Below, piece by piece: positions 18,306 to 26,477 of a stretch of DNA of 44,231 nucleotides. Each line of letters starts with the position of its first letter. The stretch's first letter is position 1. The notes beneath the pieces are model-generated. The model was not told the DNA's origin and did not search any database. It saw nothing but the letters and a program-made list of their open reading frames with translations. The DNA lies in contig JACQCV010000032.1 in NCBI GenBank assembly GCA_016201465.1, positions 1-44,231 on the forward strand, read 5' to 3'. This DNA comes from Candidatus Vogelbacteria bacterium (GTDB lineage: Bacteria > Patescibacteriota > Minisyncoccia > Phycocordibacterales > UBA12445). The position numbers and the translations under genes were made by a program.

Positions 18306-18314
18306 AGACACAAC

Positions 18315-18593
18315 TCACTTCTTAGACTTCACCTTCAGACTCTTAATGAACTCATCCCTCTCTCGCTCGAGCCTTCGATCGCCTTCGGCGTACTTAGCAT
18401 CCTCCAGTTCATCCAAAACTTCTCTGTGTACCTGAAGCTTCACACCCTTAGATGCAAGCACCTTACAGTGTTCTGCGCAGAAACACATGATCTCGCCATC
18501 TTTGACGATTGCCACACGCTTACCATCCCTCTTGTCATACTCCTTACCACAACCAGGAAAATCACACGAAATGTCATCCCACAGAAAACTCAT
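18315..18593 (-). CDS. Small Cys/His protein with basic coiled-coil tail (92 aa), tandem paralog A
   Basis: Start reset to ATG 18593 (AAGGAGG 6 nt upstream). CDFPGCGKEY ... FCAEHC, then a charged helical tail. Confidence 0.6.
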   Translation of the reverse strand: MSFLWDDISCDFPGCGKEYDKRDGKRVAIVKDGEIMCFCAEHCKVLASKGVKLQVHREVLDELEDAKYAEGDRRLERERDEFIKSLKVKSKK

Positions 18594-18650
18594 TACAAAC
18601 CTCCTTGCACTCAATACAAATGCTTCTGAAATATATTATATCAATAAGCC

Positions 18651-18956
18651 TTACTTCTTCAAATCCTCGATAAACTTCTTCTCGCGCGCAATTCGCTCCA
18701 CTTCTCGCCTACGTCTCTCCGGACCTTCTTTGGCCTCTGTCATCTCATTATGGATCTCTTTAAGAGTCCAGAGAACCACACCCTCAGCCGTAAGGCGCGC
18801 GCAATGCTCTGAGCAGAAGGCAACAACCTCGTCTCTTCCACACCATCCGTCTTTCCTAGTCCTTGCAACTTTTTTACTTAGCCTATCATCGAAATCCTTA
18901 TCACAACCCGGGAAATCACAACAAACAGCATCTCGTGCCATACTCTCGTAAGACAT
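18651..18956 (-). CDS. Small Cys/His protein with basic coiled-coil tail (101 aa), tandem paralog B
   Basis: Start reset to ATG 18956 (AAGGAGG 5 nt upstream). CDFPGCDKDF ... FCSEHC, then a charged helical tail. Clearly alignable to 18315-18593. Confidence 0.6.
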   Translation of the reverse strand: MSYESMARDAVCCDFPGCDKDFDDRLSKKVARTRKDGWCGRDEVVAFCSEHCARLTAEGVVLWTLKEIHNEMTEAKEGPERRRREVERIAREKKFIEDLKK

Positions 18957-19051
18957 TTCATCCTCCTTTTTTATCAACGACCAACCTTCTAATCTAAGTG
19001 TAGCCGGGGCAGAAAGTCATCACAATAGATTTTGTCTAAAACTTGGACAAC

Positions 19052-19073
19052 AAAAAACCACCCGGCATGGGTG
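19052..19073 (-). terminator. Rho-independent terminator
   Basis: CACCC-ggcat-GGGTG followed on the minus strand by T6, after the stop at 19079. Confidence 0.6.
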
Positions 19074-19078
19074 ATAAA

Positions 19079-19456
19079 CTACTCCTTGACAGCATATACA
19101 ATTATCTTCCTTGTTAGCAACAACAGTCCGACGCTCCCAAAAGTGAGAGATCGTCCCTGAGCAAAGATGGCTGGCACAAAAGTGAAATCTGGTTCAACAA
19201 TAATGCCATCCTGATCGGTGGCAATAATAGTTTCATGACACGGCAAAACAGCATTCAACAAATAGTAACACTCTCTATACAAACTCTTAAGATCTGCCCT
19301 GTCTGCCGATTTATATCCGAGCTCGGACAATTCACGTTGTACAGCACGTAGGTCGGTCTTATGTAGGACGTCAAAAAACTTAGCACGTTTTGCGACCTTT
19401 CTAACACGATCAAAATTTTTGTTTTCTTCAAGAAGCCACGACTTTTGAGAAGTCAT
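19079..19456 (-). CDS. Hypothetical protein (125 aa)
   Basis: ORF with a GAGGGAAAG SD-like stretch before the ATG and its own terminator. No recognised family. Confidence 0.5.
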   Translation of the reverse strand: MTSQKSWLLEENKNFDRVRKVAKRAKFFDVLHKTDLRAVQRELSELGYKSADRADLKSLYRECYYLLNAVLPCHETIIATDQDGIIVEPDFTFVPAIFAQGRSLTFGSVGLLLLTRKIIVYAVKE

Positions 19457-19558
19457 CTTTCCCTCACTTTCAAATCATGAAATTTTCAAACAACAAAAAA
19501 ATCTACACCAATATTACATATTAGTGGAGATTTTTCAATATCTGAGCACTAAACCTAA

Positions 19559-20119
19559 CTATTTCTTAGCCTTTTTAACAGTAGACCTCTTAATTTCTTT
19601 AGCCTTTTTTATTTGCTTTAGAGAGACTTCCGCCTTAACAACTGGCATGCCCACAACCTTAACAGGAGCAGCTACTGGTTTTGGCACTACAACTACTGCA
19701 GGTTTCGTAGCCGTCAACACATCCTTTGCAGGATTAAATTTCATATGCGCGAGATTCTCAACTGAATTAATAAGTCTCTCGATTTTTGTGTTCATGTTTT
19801 CCAGAAGTCTCTTTATATCATCACCGCCACCCACTGGCCTCTGCTGATCTGGCCTTCTGTTATTGTCAAAATGTGGTCGAGAACTCCTATCTCCAAAATC
19901 CTTTCTTGGGAATCGGTCATCCTGAAATCGCTTTTCACCACCACCCTTTTGAGCAAAACAATCCTTGCAATAAACTGGTTTATCGCCAGTTGGCCTAAAG
20001 GGCACCTCACAACTCTTATTACACTCACTACATGTTGCCTGAAACATGGGCTTCCTACCATCTGACCTAAAGCTGCCTCCACCTCCTTGTCCACCTCTAT
20101 CTCGATTAAAATTTCCCAT
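19559..20119 (-). CDS. CxxC-x17-CxxC domain-containing protein
   Basis: CSEC-NKSCEVPFRPTGDKPVY-CKDC has exactly 17 residues between the two CxxC pairs. It is flanked by Gly/Arg-rich low-complexity sequence and followed by a helical and then Lys-rich tail. Confidence 0.75.
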   Translation of the reverse strand: MGNFNRDRGGQGGGGSFRSDGRKPMFQATCSECNKSCEVPFRPTGDKPVYCKDCFAQKGGGEKRFQDDRFPRKDFGDRSSRPHFDNNRRPDQQRPVGGGDDIKRLLENMNTKIERLINSVENLAHMKFNPAKDVLTATKPAVVVVPKPVAAPVKVVGMPVVKAEVSLKQIKKAKEIKRSTVKKAKK

Positions 20120-20205
20120 ATATATAAGTTATTTATTAAGCCCTTATTAATTATTCAACGCCAATAGTATAACATGCGTCTGATAAAAAATCAAGTATTT
20201 GTATT

Positions 20206-20235
20206 AAAAAACCGCCAGTCCAAAGATCTGACGGT
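20206..20235 (-). terminator. Rho-independent terminator
   Basis: ACCGCCAG/CTGACGGT stem (one mismatch) followed on the minus strand by a T-run, after the stop at 20241. Confidence 0.55.
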
Positions 20236-20240
20236 CACTC

Positions 20241-20762
20241 TCAGAAAAACATGGACATCTGCCTTACAACAGGCTCAACTCCCATCATCGAGTCATTATT
20301 CGAAAGGAAGATGTACGGAATATCCGACGTAAGCGCGATTTTATCCCACTCTTTGCAATCGGAAACACGTCTTTCAATCGACAACGCGTCATCCCCTCTT
20401 GCCACAAGTCTCCTTCGCAATTCCTCCTCATTTGGGGCAAGAACATAAAACGATAGTATTTGACTCTCATCTACACCCATAAACTCGAGATATTGGCGCA
20501 ACAAAGCAACCGATTCAGGAACTATAATCATTAACAGAGGAGAATTCAGAGATGCCTCCGATACAAAAACATCCTCAACAGACCTCTTAGTTGTCCCATA
20601 ATAGTTCCCATGCGCCACGACCACCCAGAGATAGTCCTCCTTATTTTTCACAAAGTCCTCTTGCGAGATGTTACAATTATATTCACCAGGAATATCTGAG
20701 TCCCTCGCTGACCTAGATGTATGACTGGTGATTAAACGCAAATCGGGACGGAGAACCTGCAA
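20241..20762 (-). CDS. Guanylate kinase-like P-loop protein; the P-loop is encoded upstream of this TTG (in frame up to 20831, no canonical start)
   Basis: ITSHTSRSARDSDIPGEY ... GNYYGTT resembles Gmk S.TTR.pR.gE..G.dY ... YGT. In-frame upstream codons give ICTITGSSGVGKTTIVKRL (Walker A). Confidence 0.6.
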   Translation of the reverse strand: MQVLRPDLRLITSHTSRSARDSDIPGEYNCNISQEDFVKNKEDYLWVVVAHGNYYGTTKRSVEDVFVSEASLNSPLLMIIVPESVALLRQYLEFMGVDESQILSFYVLAPNEEELRRRLVARGDDALSIERRVSDCKEWDKIALTSDIPYIFLSNNDSMMGVEPVVRQMSMFF

Positions 20763-20972
20763 TCTCTTAACAATAGTAGTCTTACCGACACCAGACGATC
20801 CGGTAATTGTGCAAATTTTTACCTGTGCCGTATATACCTCCTGTTTTCAAGGTTCTAGGACAACGTTACCATAACACCCAAAAACTTTCCACAGGTACGG
20901 GTTTCATCCTAAATTAAAAGGTGTATACTGTTAAACGTCAATAAAAATTATTATCAATAATTAATTGTTTTT

Positions 20973-21473
20973 ATGATACAAAAACAAAGAGGTTCGGCGA
21001 CAGTTTGGGTGGTCGTCATTATAGTTCTCGCAATTTTAGCAATATGGTGGATGAAGAGTAACTCTACACCCACTCCTTCAACTCAGCCAGTGGCTACACC
21101 AACACCAGCCACCCCAATCCCTGAAGCTGCAGCCCCAGCTTCACCATCCTATTTAAGTACCCTAACAATGACCAACGGAAGTTCCTACTTAGCTGATGTA
21201 AATGGCCGAACCCTTTACACAAAAGTCTCTGATAAAAAAAACACCAGTACCTGCACGGGTGCGTGCTTGTCGGTCTGGCCTGCTTATGTGGCCCAATCTG
21301 CCCTAGAATATGCTCCAGCGAATTACAATGACCTCAGCACGATGAAGCGTGATGATAGCACTTACCAATATACGTGGAAAGGTATGCCACTATACTACTA
21401 TGCCAAAGACCAAAAAACTGGCGATACCACAGGAGATGGATTCAACAAGGCCTGGAATGTTGCGAAACCATAA
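20973..21473 (+). CDS. Secreted/anchored COG4315-type protein (Yx(FWY)xxD-motif repeat family)
   Basis: 166 aa with an N-terminal TM/signal and Pro/Thr linker, then GRTLYTKVSD....CTGACLSVWPAY and YTWKGMPLYYYAKDQKTGDTTGDG. Confidence 0.7.
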   Translation: MIQKQRGSATVWVVVIIVLAILAIWWMKSNSTPTPSTQPVATPTPATPIPEAAAPASPSYLSTLTMTNGSSYLADVNGRTLYTKVSDKKNTSTCTGACLSVWPAYVAQSALEYAPANYNDLSTMKRDDSTYQYTWKGMPLYYYAKDQKTGDTTGDGFNKAWNVAKP

Positions 21474-21544
21474 ATAATTAACACAGACCAATAAAAAGGG
21501 GCTCGAAGAGAGAGTCTCTTTTTTATTCATAAACAAATTTATTA

Positions 21545-21724
21545 CTACGCCTTTCTGGAAAGCCATCCAGCCACAAGAAGAACACCGGCTACAAGGTTCA
21601 AACCGGCGTGTCCCGTCATCTGATCAGGAGTTAAACCATATGAGAGCATATAGATATGAGTTGCAAAGACAACTAATAACCCGACCATATACAACCACCA
21701 ACTCATTTTATTATTCGCGTACAT
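21545..21724 (-). CDS. Possible 59-aa two-TM miniprotein
   Basis: ATG..TAG ORF just below the track cutoff: MYANNKMSWWLYMVGLLVVFATHIYMLSYGLTPDQMTGHAGLNLVAGVLLVAGWLSRKA. No clear SD. Confidence 0.35.
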   Translation of the reverse strand: MYANNKMSWWLYMVGLLVVFATHIYMLSYGLTPDQMTGHAGLNLVAGVLLVAGWLSRKA

Positions 21725-21791
21725 TTTTTATTAAGTTAACTAATATTTATTGATTATAGCACGAAATTTGAATTAAACTTGTACGCAAATA

Positions 21792-22388
21792 TTATAGAGT
21801 GTTAGTTTGCTCGCGACCACTTTTTGTACCATGCACACTACAAGCCTTCCATAAACCAAACCTTGACTTGCGTGCTTGCTCTTCAGACTCCTTAAACTCT
21901 TTTGCCTTAGAAGTATCCGGCTGGTATGGATAATTAAATGCGAATCCCTCTCTAACTAGTTGCGAATTTACAAAGGTTCCGTTACTCAAATAAACAAAAC
22001 CAAGTAATCGCCCGTATTTATCGCGAGTCGAAACATCTTTGTAAACTGTTACTGTCTTGCCTTCTACCAAATCTCTATTTCTATCTGTCGCCTCTTTCGC
22101 AAAACATTGAATAGGCTTCCGTGGGTCAAACTCTTCGGGAGTATCAATTCCTATGTACCTCAACCGCTCACCACTTTCAAGTTGAACTGTGTCACCATCA
22201 ACAACTCTTTCAACTTTTATTGGCTGACCATACTCAAACTCGACTGAGTTACTACGTACAATAGAAACATTTGTGCGGGCAGTAGTAATAACTCGCTCGT
22301 AGGAAACGTGATTTTCAAAATAAAATTTGCCGAATACAGAAACAGCAAGGACAAGAAATAGACTGAAGCTGATTTTTTTGTAATTCAT
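21792..22388 (-). CDS. Thermonuclease (staphylococcal nuclease, SNase-like), secreted/anchored
   Basis: N-terminal hydrophobic signal/anchor. Motifs are VVDGDTV, RLRYIGIDTPE, DKYGRLLGFVY and LVREGFA. Start set to ATG 22388. Confidence 0.85.
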   Translation of the reverse strand: MNYKKISFSLFLVLAVSVFGKFYFENHVSYERVITTARTNVSIVRSNSVEFEYGQPIKVERVVDGDTVQLESGERLRYIGIDTPEEFDPRKPIQCFAKEATDRNRDLVEGKTVTVYKDVSTRDKYGRLLGFVYLSNGTFVNSQLVREGFAFNYPYQPDTSKAKEFKESEEQARKSRFGLWKACSVHGTKSGREQTNTL

Positions 22389-22451
22389 GTTGCACAAATG
22401 CTACCAAACAAAAAGCCACGCGGCAAACCACGTGGCCCCAATTTCTAAAAC

Positions 22452-22988
22452 CTAATGAATTGTGTGAACCTCATCATCCTCACTGCATTCATCATCTGCT
22501 AGTGAGCTAGCATTATGTTGGATAGTACCCATCTGCTGATACTCGTGAATTGCCCTTGCCAAAAGGATGCCTTCTGCCTCCTTAATCCATTCCCCTTTCC
22601 CACGCTTGCGCCACTCGTAACCGGACTCATCATTTTTCATCCGCTTTACCTGTTCTTCCTTCTCGAATTCATCTGTCGACACAACGCGAAGACCGCAAAA
22701 TTTTGGAATCCATGCAAGCAAATCACTCAAACCAAACATGAAGCGCCTAATCGGTGATGATCTTTCAACTAAAACGTGAAATAAGTCAACCCCCACCTTG
22801 TCACAGATAAACATTAAGCCAGTAACGAGACCAGCCCATATTCCAGCAATAGGCACTAGAGGCGCAAAAATAAAGTATATACCAAGTGCATCCTTGGTAA
22901 TCGTAGAGTTACTACCACCATATTTGTGAACTAGGACGGATATCAAAAACATGAGTACCCAGTAGATCCCAAACATCAGCATGTGCAT
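22452..22988 (-). CDS. Hypothetical membrane protein (178 aa)
   Basis: Three N-terminal hydrophobic helices and a charged C-terminal half. The start lies 1 nt after the stop of the upstream ORF (TGAgATG). Confidence 0.55.
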   Translation of the reverse strand: MHMLMFGIYWVLMFLISVLVHKYGGSNSTITKDALGIYFIFAPLVPIAGIWAGLVTGLMFICDKVGVDLFHVLVERSSPIRRFMFGLSDLLAWIPKFCGLRVVSTDEFEKEEQVKRMKNDESGYEWRKRGKGEWIKEAEGILLARAIHEYQQMGTIQHNASSLADDECSEDDEVHTIH

Positions 22989-22989
22989 C

Positions 22990-23373
22990 TCACTTACTCC
23001 TTAGAAAATCGCAAAACCTGTGAAAGAGTCCCTTTTCCTCAACACTCACCTTAACCTCACTTATTTTCTTTTGCGCTGTGAGTGCTCTTATGATTCTCTC
23101 AAAATCAGGATGAGTGGGTGCAGAAATGCTATGAATAAACGAGAGTTCATTTATTCTATAAACCATGTCCATTTGCAGCATGGCCACAATAACCCTCGGC
23201 CCATTGGACCTACTACTGACAAGGTCCTTTATTTCAGCCCTCTCTGTGTCAGAAACATTCTCGTCGAGAACAATGAACACCTCAAAATAATCATCTTTCT
23301 TGGTACTGTTCGCAGCGACATACTTGATAATTGCATCACACCTTTCCAGGACATTACCACTATTAGTCTCCAC
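22990..23373 (-). CDS. Hypothetical protein (127 aa)
   Basis: ORF with a GAGGAGAAAGAAG purine-rich leader, translationally coupled to 22452-22988. Confidence 0.5.
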   Translation of the reverse strand: METNSGNVLERCDAIIKYVAANSTKKDDYFEVFIVLDENVSDTERAEIKDLVSSRSNGPRVIVAMLQMDMVYRINELSFIHSISAPTHPDFERIIRALTAQKKISEVKVSVEEKGLFHRFCDFLRSK

Positions 23374-23523
23374 TTCTTTCTCCTCTAGTTAATTGTCAAA
23401 AAAATAATCAAAATTCATACACAATCTAACAGTAAGTCCCGCGTCTGTCAAGTTTTTTTATCATCATTTTTTAAGATAAAAGTAGGTCCGGCTTAAAGCT
23501 AGACCTACTTACTGTTTATTTTC

Positions 23524-23997
23524 TCAATTAATATACCAAGGTGAGCTGTTAATATGCCGATCTAATTCCCTAAGCGAACCCTGTATTAGACTAAACATCT
23601 GTTCAACAAATCGATAAGCCTCATCCTTGGCCTGAAATCTGCCCGCCGTTACGCCAGCCTTACACCAAATCAAACCTCCAGAACAGCCGCCGATCTGATA
23701 TTGAACTTGCCGATAATGCCCATAACGAAGATCAACTCCCTCCGCCTTAACCATATCCACCATGATCATCTCCTGCGGCTGCACGAGTGGCTGCACATAA
23801 AGTGGGACGAGTGGATATTGATACGGCTGGCTCCAATAAAGTCCAGGCTTAGGCACACAAGACGTATCATGCCGCGTAACATTAATCATTGGAATGGAAA
23901 AATTATTCATTGGCGGTTTCGCAAAGTTGCCGTGGGCACCTACTCTAGTAAAATTAGACAAAAGTAATACAACAACCAAAAAAATAAATCCTCTCAT
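23524..23997 (-). CDS. Hypothetical secreted protein (157 aa)
   Basis: Start reset to ATG 23997 (GGAGG 6 nt upstream). Signal peptide MRGFIFLVVVLLLSNFTRVGAHG. No recognised family. Confidence 0.55.
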   Translation of the reverse strand: MRGFIFLVVVLLLSNFTRVGAHGNFAKPPMNNFSIPMINVTRHDTSCVPKPGLYWSQPYQYPLVPLYVQPLVQPQEMIMVDMVKAEGVDLRYGHYRQVQYQIGGCSGGLIWCKAGVTAGRFQAKDEAYRFVEQMFSLIQGSLRELDRHINSSPWYIN

Positions 23998-24042
23998 CTC
24001 CAACCTCCTCGCCCCAATTTTCGTCGAGGCCTTTGTCAAAAC

Positions 24043-24074
24043 AAAATGCTAGTCTGCTTAAAGACTAGCATTTT
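24043..24074 (-). terminator. Hairpin terminator after secF
   Basis: 12-bp stem AAAATGCTAGTC/GACTAGCATTTT, with GTTTTG downstream on the minus strand. Confidence 0.6.
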
Positions 24075-24097
24075 GCAAATTAATGTAAATCCAAATT

Positions 24098-24994
24098 CTA
24101 TTTTGCTGTTTTCTTACGACTTTGTATCACAACAAGTAGCGGGCTTGCTAATAGAATTGATGAATACGTGCCAGCAATAATACCTACAATCAGCGCCAAA
24201 CAAAAATATTTCACAGATGCACTACCGAACATAATAAGAGCAACTAGAGTTAGCACAACGGCAAGCGATGTGTTAATTGACCTTGAAAGCGTCTGACGAA
24301 TACTCATACCTACAGTCTCAGTAAAACTCTTAAATTTTTTCAACTTAATATTCTCTCGGATTCTATCGAATACGACAATAGTGTCGTGCACCGAGAAACC
24401 AAGAATGGTCAGAATTGCTGTTACGAATAATGAGTCTATCTCGATTCCATATTTGTGACCGAGGTATGCAAAGATACCAAGCGGTACTATAACATCATGA
24501 CCCAAAGTGATCACGGTGACTAAACCATACTCCCACGACTTAACCACACCAGACACCTGCCTAAAGGCGAATGCGATGAATAAAGTAATCGCAATTACAA
24601 CAAGAATAATCGAATAAACAGACTTCGTCTTAAGCTCATTACCAATCGTAGGACCAATAGAAGTAAACCTCTTATCTATAATCTGCCCGCCGTCAACAGC
24701 AAGAGCCTTAATCAAACCAGCCCTGTCTGACTCCTTAAGATCACGGGCCTTAACAATTAAACCCTTATCACCATACGGCTGAATTGTTTCACCCAAACTA
24801 AGCGGAGCAACTGCAGCCTTAATCTTAACTAAATCAGGCATACCGTTAGGATACTCAACTTCAAGTAGCGATCCTCCCTTGAAATCCATTCCCAAATTGA
24901 GACCGTAATGCCAAATTGAAAACAATGAAACAAGCACCAAGACAAGGAGCAGGCTCACGAACCATTTACTATTTTTTGCAACAAACATATTCAA
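24098..24994 (-). CDS. secF: Protein translocase subunit SecF
   Basis: 298 aa with LGMDFKGGSLLEV, six TM helices and HDTIVVFDRIREN, directly downstream of secD. Confidence 0.9.
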   Translation of the reverse strand: MNMFVAKNSKWFVSLLLVLVLVSLFSIWHYGLNLGMDFKGGSLLEVEYPNGMPDLVKIKAAVAPLSLGETIQPYGDKGLIVKARDLKESDRAGLIKALAVDGGQIIDKRFTSIGPTIGNELKTKSVYSIILVVIAITLFIAFAFRQVSGVVKSWEYGLVTVITLGHDVIVPLGIFAYLGHKYGIEIDSLFVTAILTILGFSVHDTIVVFDRIRENIKLKKFKSFTETVGMSIRQTLSRSINTSLAVVLTLVALIMFGSASVKYFCLALIVGIIAGTYSSILLASPLLVVIQSRKKTAK

Positions 24995-25000
24995 TATTTA

Positions 25001-26404
25001 TTAAACTTTGAGTCCGTGACCAAAAAGGAATTTTAATAATTTGCTCTGACCGCGGAGGCCGAAAGCTGTTAAAATAGTTCTTGTGACTGTAATGGCCGTA
25101 AACATACTGGCCGCAACGCCAATCGCAAGAGTCAACGCAAATCCTCTTATCAAGCTAGTACCAAACCAGAATAATATGATCGAGGTGATAATGGTCGACA
25201 AATTACTATCTCTGATTGATTCCCATGCGCGCCAGAATCCCTCTCTTATTGCGTCTTCCAAAACACGGCCGTTAGATAACTCCTCCTTAATTCTCTCGAA
25301 AATCAAGATGTTCGCATCAACAGCCATACCGATAGTCAAAATGAATCCGGCAATACCGGCAGCTGTCAATGTGACACCAACCAATTTAAAAATGGAAAGC
25401 ATAATTACAACATAAATAGAGAGAGAGATCGTTGCAAGCAAGCCAGGCAGTCGATACCAAACTATCAAGAATAAAGCAACAAGCAAGAAACCTATTATAC
25501 CGGCCTTAACATTTTGATTAAGCGCCTCTTCGCCAAGAGTTGCTCCAACCTTATTTGTGGAAATAAGTTCTATCGGTACCGGAAGCGCTCCGGCATTCAA
25601 CCGACCAACCAAAACCTTGGCCTCATCGGCCGAGAAATTGCCAGTGATCTGCGCCTTGCCAGTTTTAATCTCTTCTCTAACAACTGGTGTGGTAATTGGA
25701 GCACCATCCAAGTAAATGGCAACAGTTTTTCCTACATTTGCCTTCGTCATATCGGCAAACAACTGAGTTCCCTGATCGTTGAACGTCAGCGACACAGATG
25801 GCGTGAAAGAATTCGAACTAAACTCGAGCGTCGCCTTCTGTAAGTAACTACCAGTTAATGCCGTAGAAATATAGTACGGATCTTGCTGCAAAAGCGCTGG
25901 ATCTATCCCCGTCGGTATAGGCAACTTCTTCGAAAATGCATCCTTCGCTTTGTTTTGCACCTCCAAAATTTTTGTCTTCTCAGTCTCTGGTCTCTCTGTT
26001 TTAAACTCAAGAACTGGTGTTTGACCAATGACAGCAACCGCCTGCGAAATATCTGTGACACCAGGAAGGTCTACAGTTAATCTATGTTCCACCTGACCTG
26101 CCACAATTGATCCATCTTCCAACTGGACCATCGGCTCCGAAACACCAAAGAGATTTACTCTTCTTTCAATAACATCTCTTAAAGACGACATCGAATCACC
26201 CAAAGCTCCTGGTGCAATCTTAGAAACATCGGCCTTATAAATTAAATTTGTTCCACCCTTTAAATCTAGACCGAGCTTGAACGGCAAACCACTCCAAGAC
26301 GAACCCGGATTATTTTTATTAAGTTCTGTTTGATAAATAAAAACCCCAAAAAAAACTCCAAGTAAAACGAAGACGATGGCCAAAAGCCTGCTTTTAGTTA
26401 ACAT
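25001..26404 (-). CDS. secD: Protein translocase subunit SecD
   Basis: 467 aa with LGLDLKGGTNLIY, a periplasmic domain, then the TM bundle with AGIAGFILTIGMAVDANILIFERIKEE. Confidence 0.9.
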   Translation of the reverse strand: MLTKSRLLAIVFVLLGVFFGVFIYQTELNKNNPGSSWSGLPFKLGLDLKGGTNLIYKADVSKIAPGALGDSMSSLRDVIERRVNLFGVSEPMVQLEDGSIVAGQVEHRLTVDLPGVTDISQAVAVIGQTPVLEFKTERPETEKTKILEVQNKAKDAFSKKLPIPTGIDPALLQQDPYYISTALTGSYLQKATLEFSSNSFTPSVSLTFNDQGTQLFADMTKANVGKTVAIYLDGAPITTPVVREEIKTGKAQITGNFSADEAKVLVGRLNAGALPVPIELISTNKVGATLGEEALNQNVKAGIIGFLLVALFLIVWYRLPGLLATISLSIYVVIMLSIFKLVGVTLTAAGIAGFILTIGMAVDANILIFERIKEELSNGRVLEDAIREGFWRAWESIRDSNLSTIITSIILFWFGTSLIRGFALTLAIGVAASMFTAITVTRTILTAFGLRGQSKLLKFLFGHGLKV

Positions 26405-26477
26405 ATTGCACTATTATAGTCATTCAAAATAAAAAAACAACCTAGACAGACTTGCGTATTTTAGACCAAAAAATACA

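Noticed and set aside
19813-20094. 93-aa alternate-frame ORF inside the CxxC-x17-CxxC gene.
   Set aside because: The overlapping frame carries the exact CxxC-x17-CxxC domain, so the alternate frame is a by-product of repetitive G/A-rich sequence.
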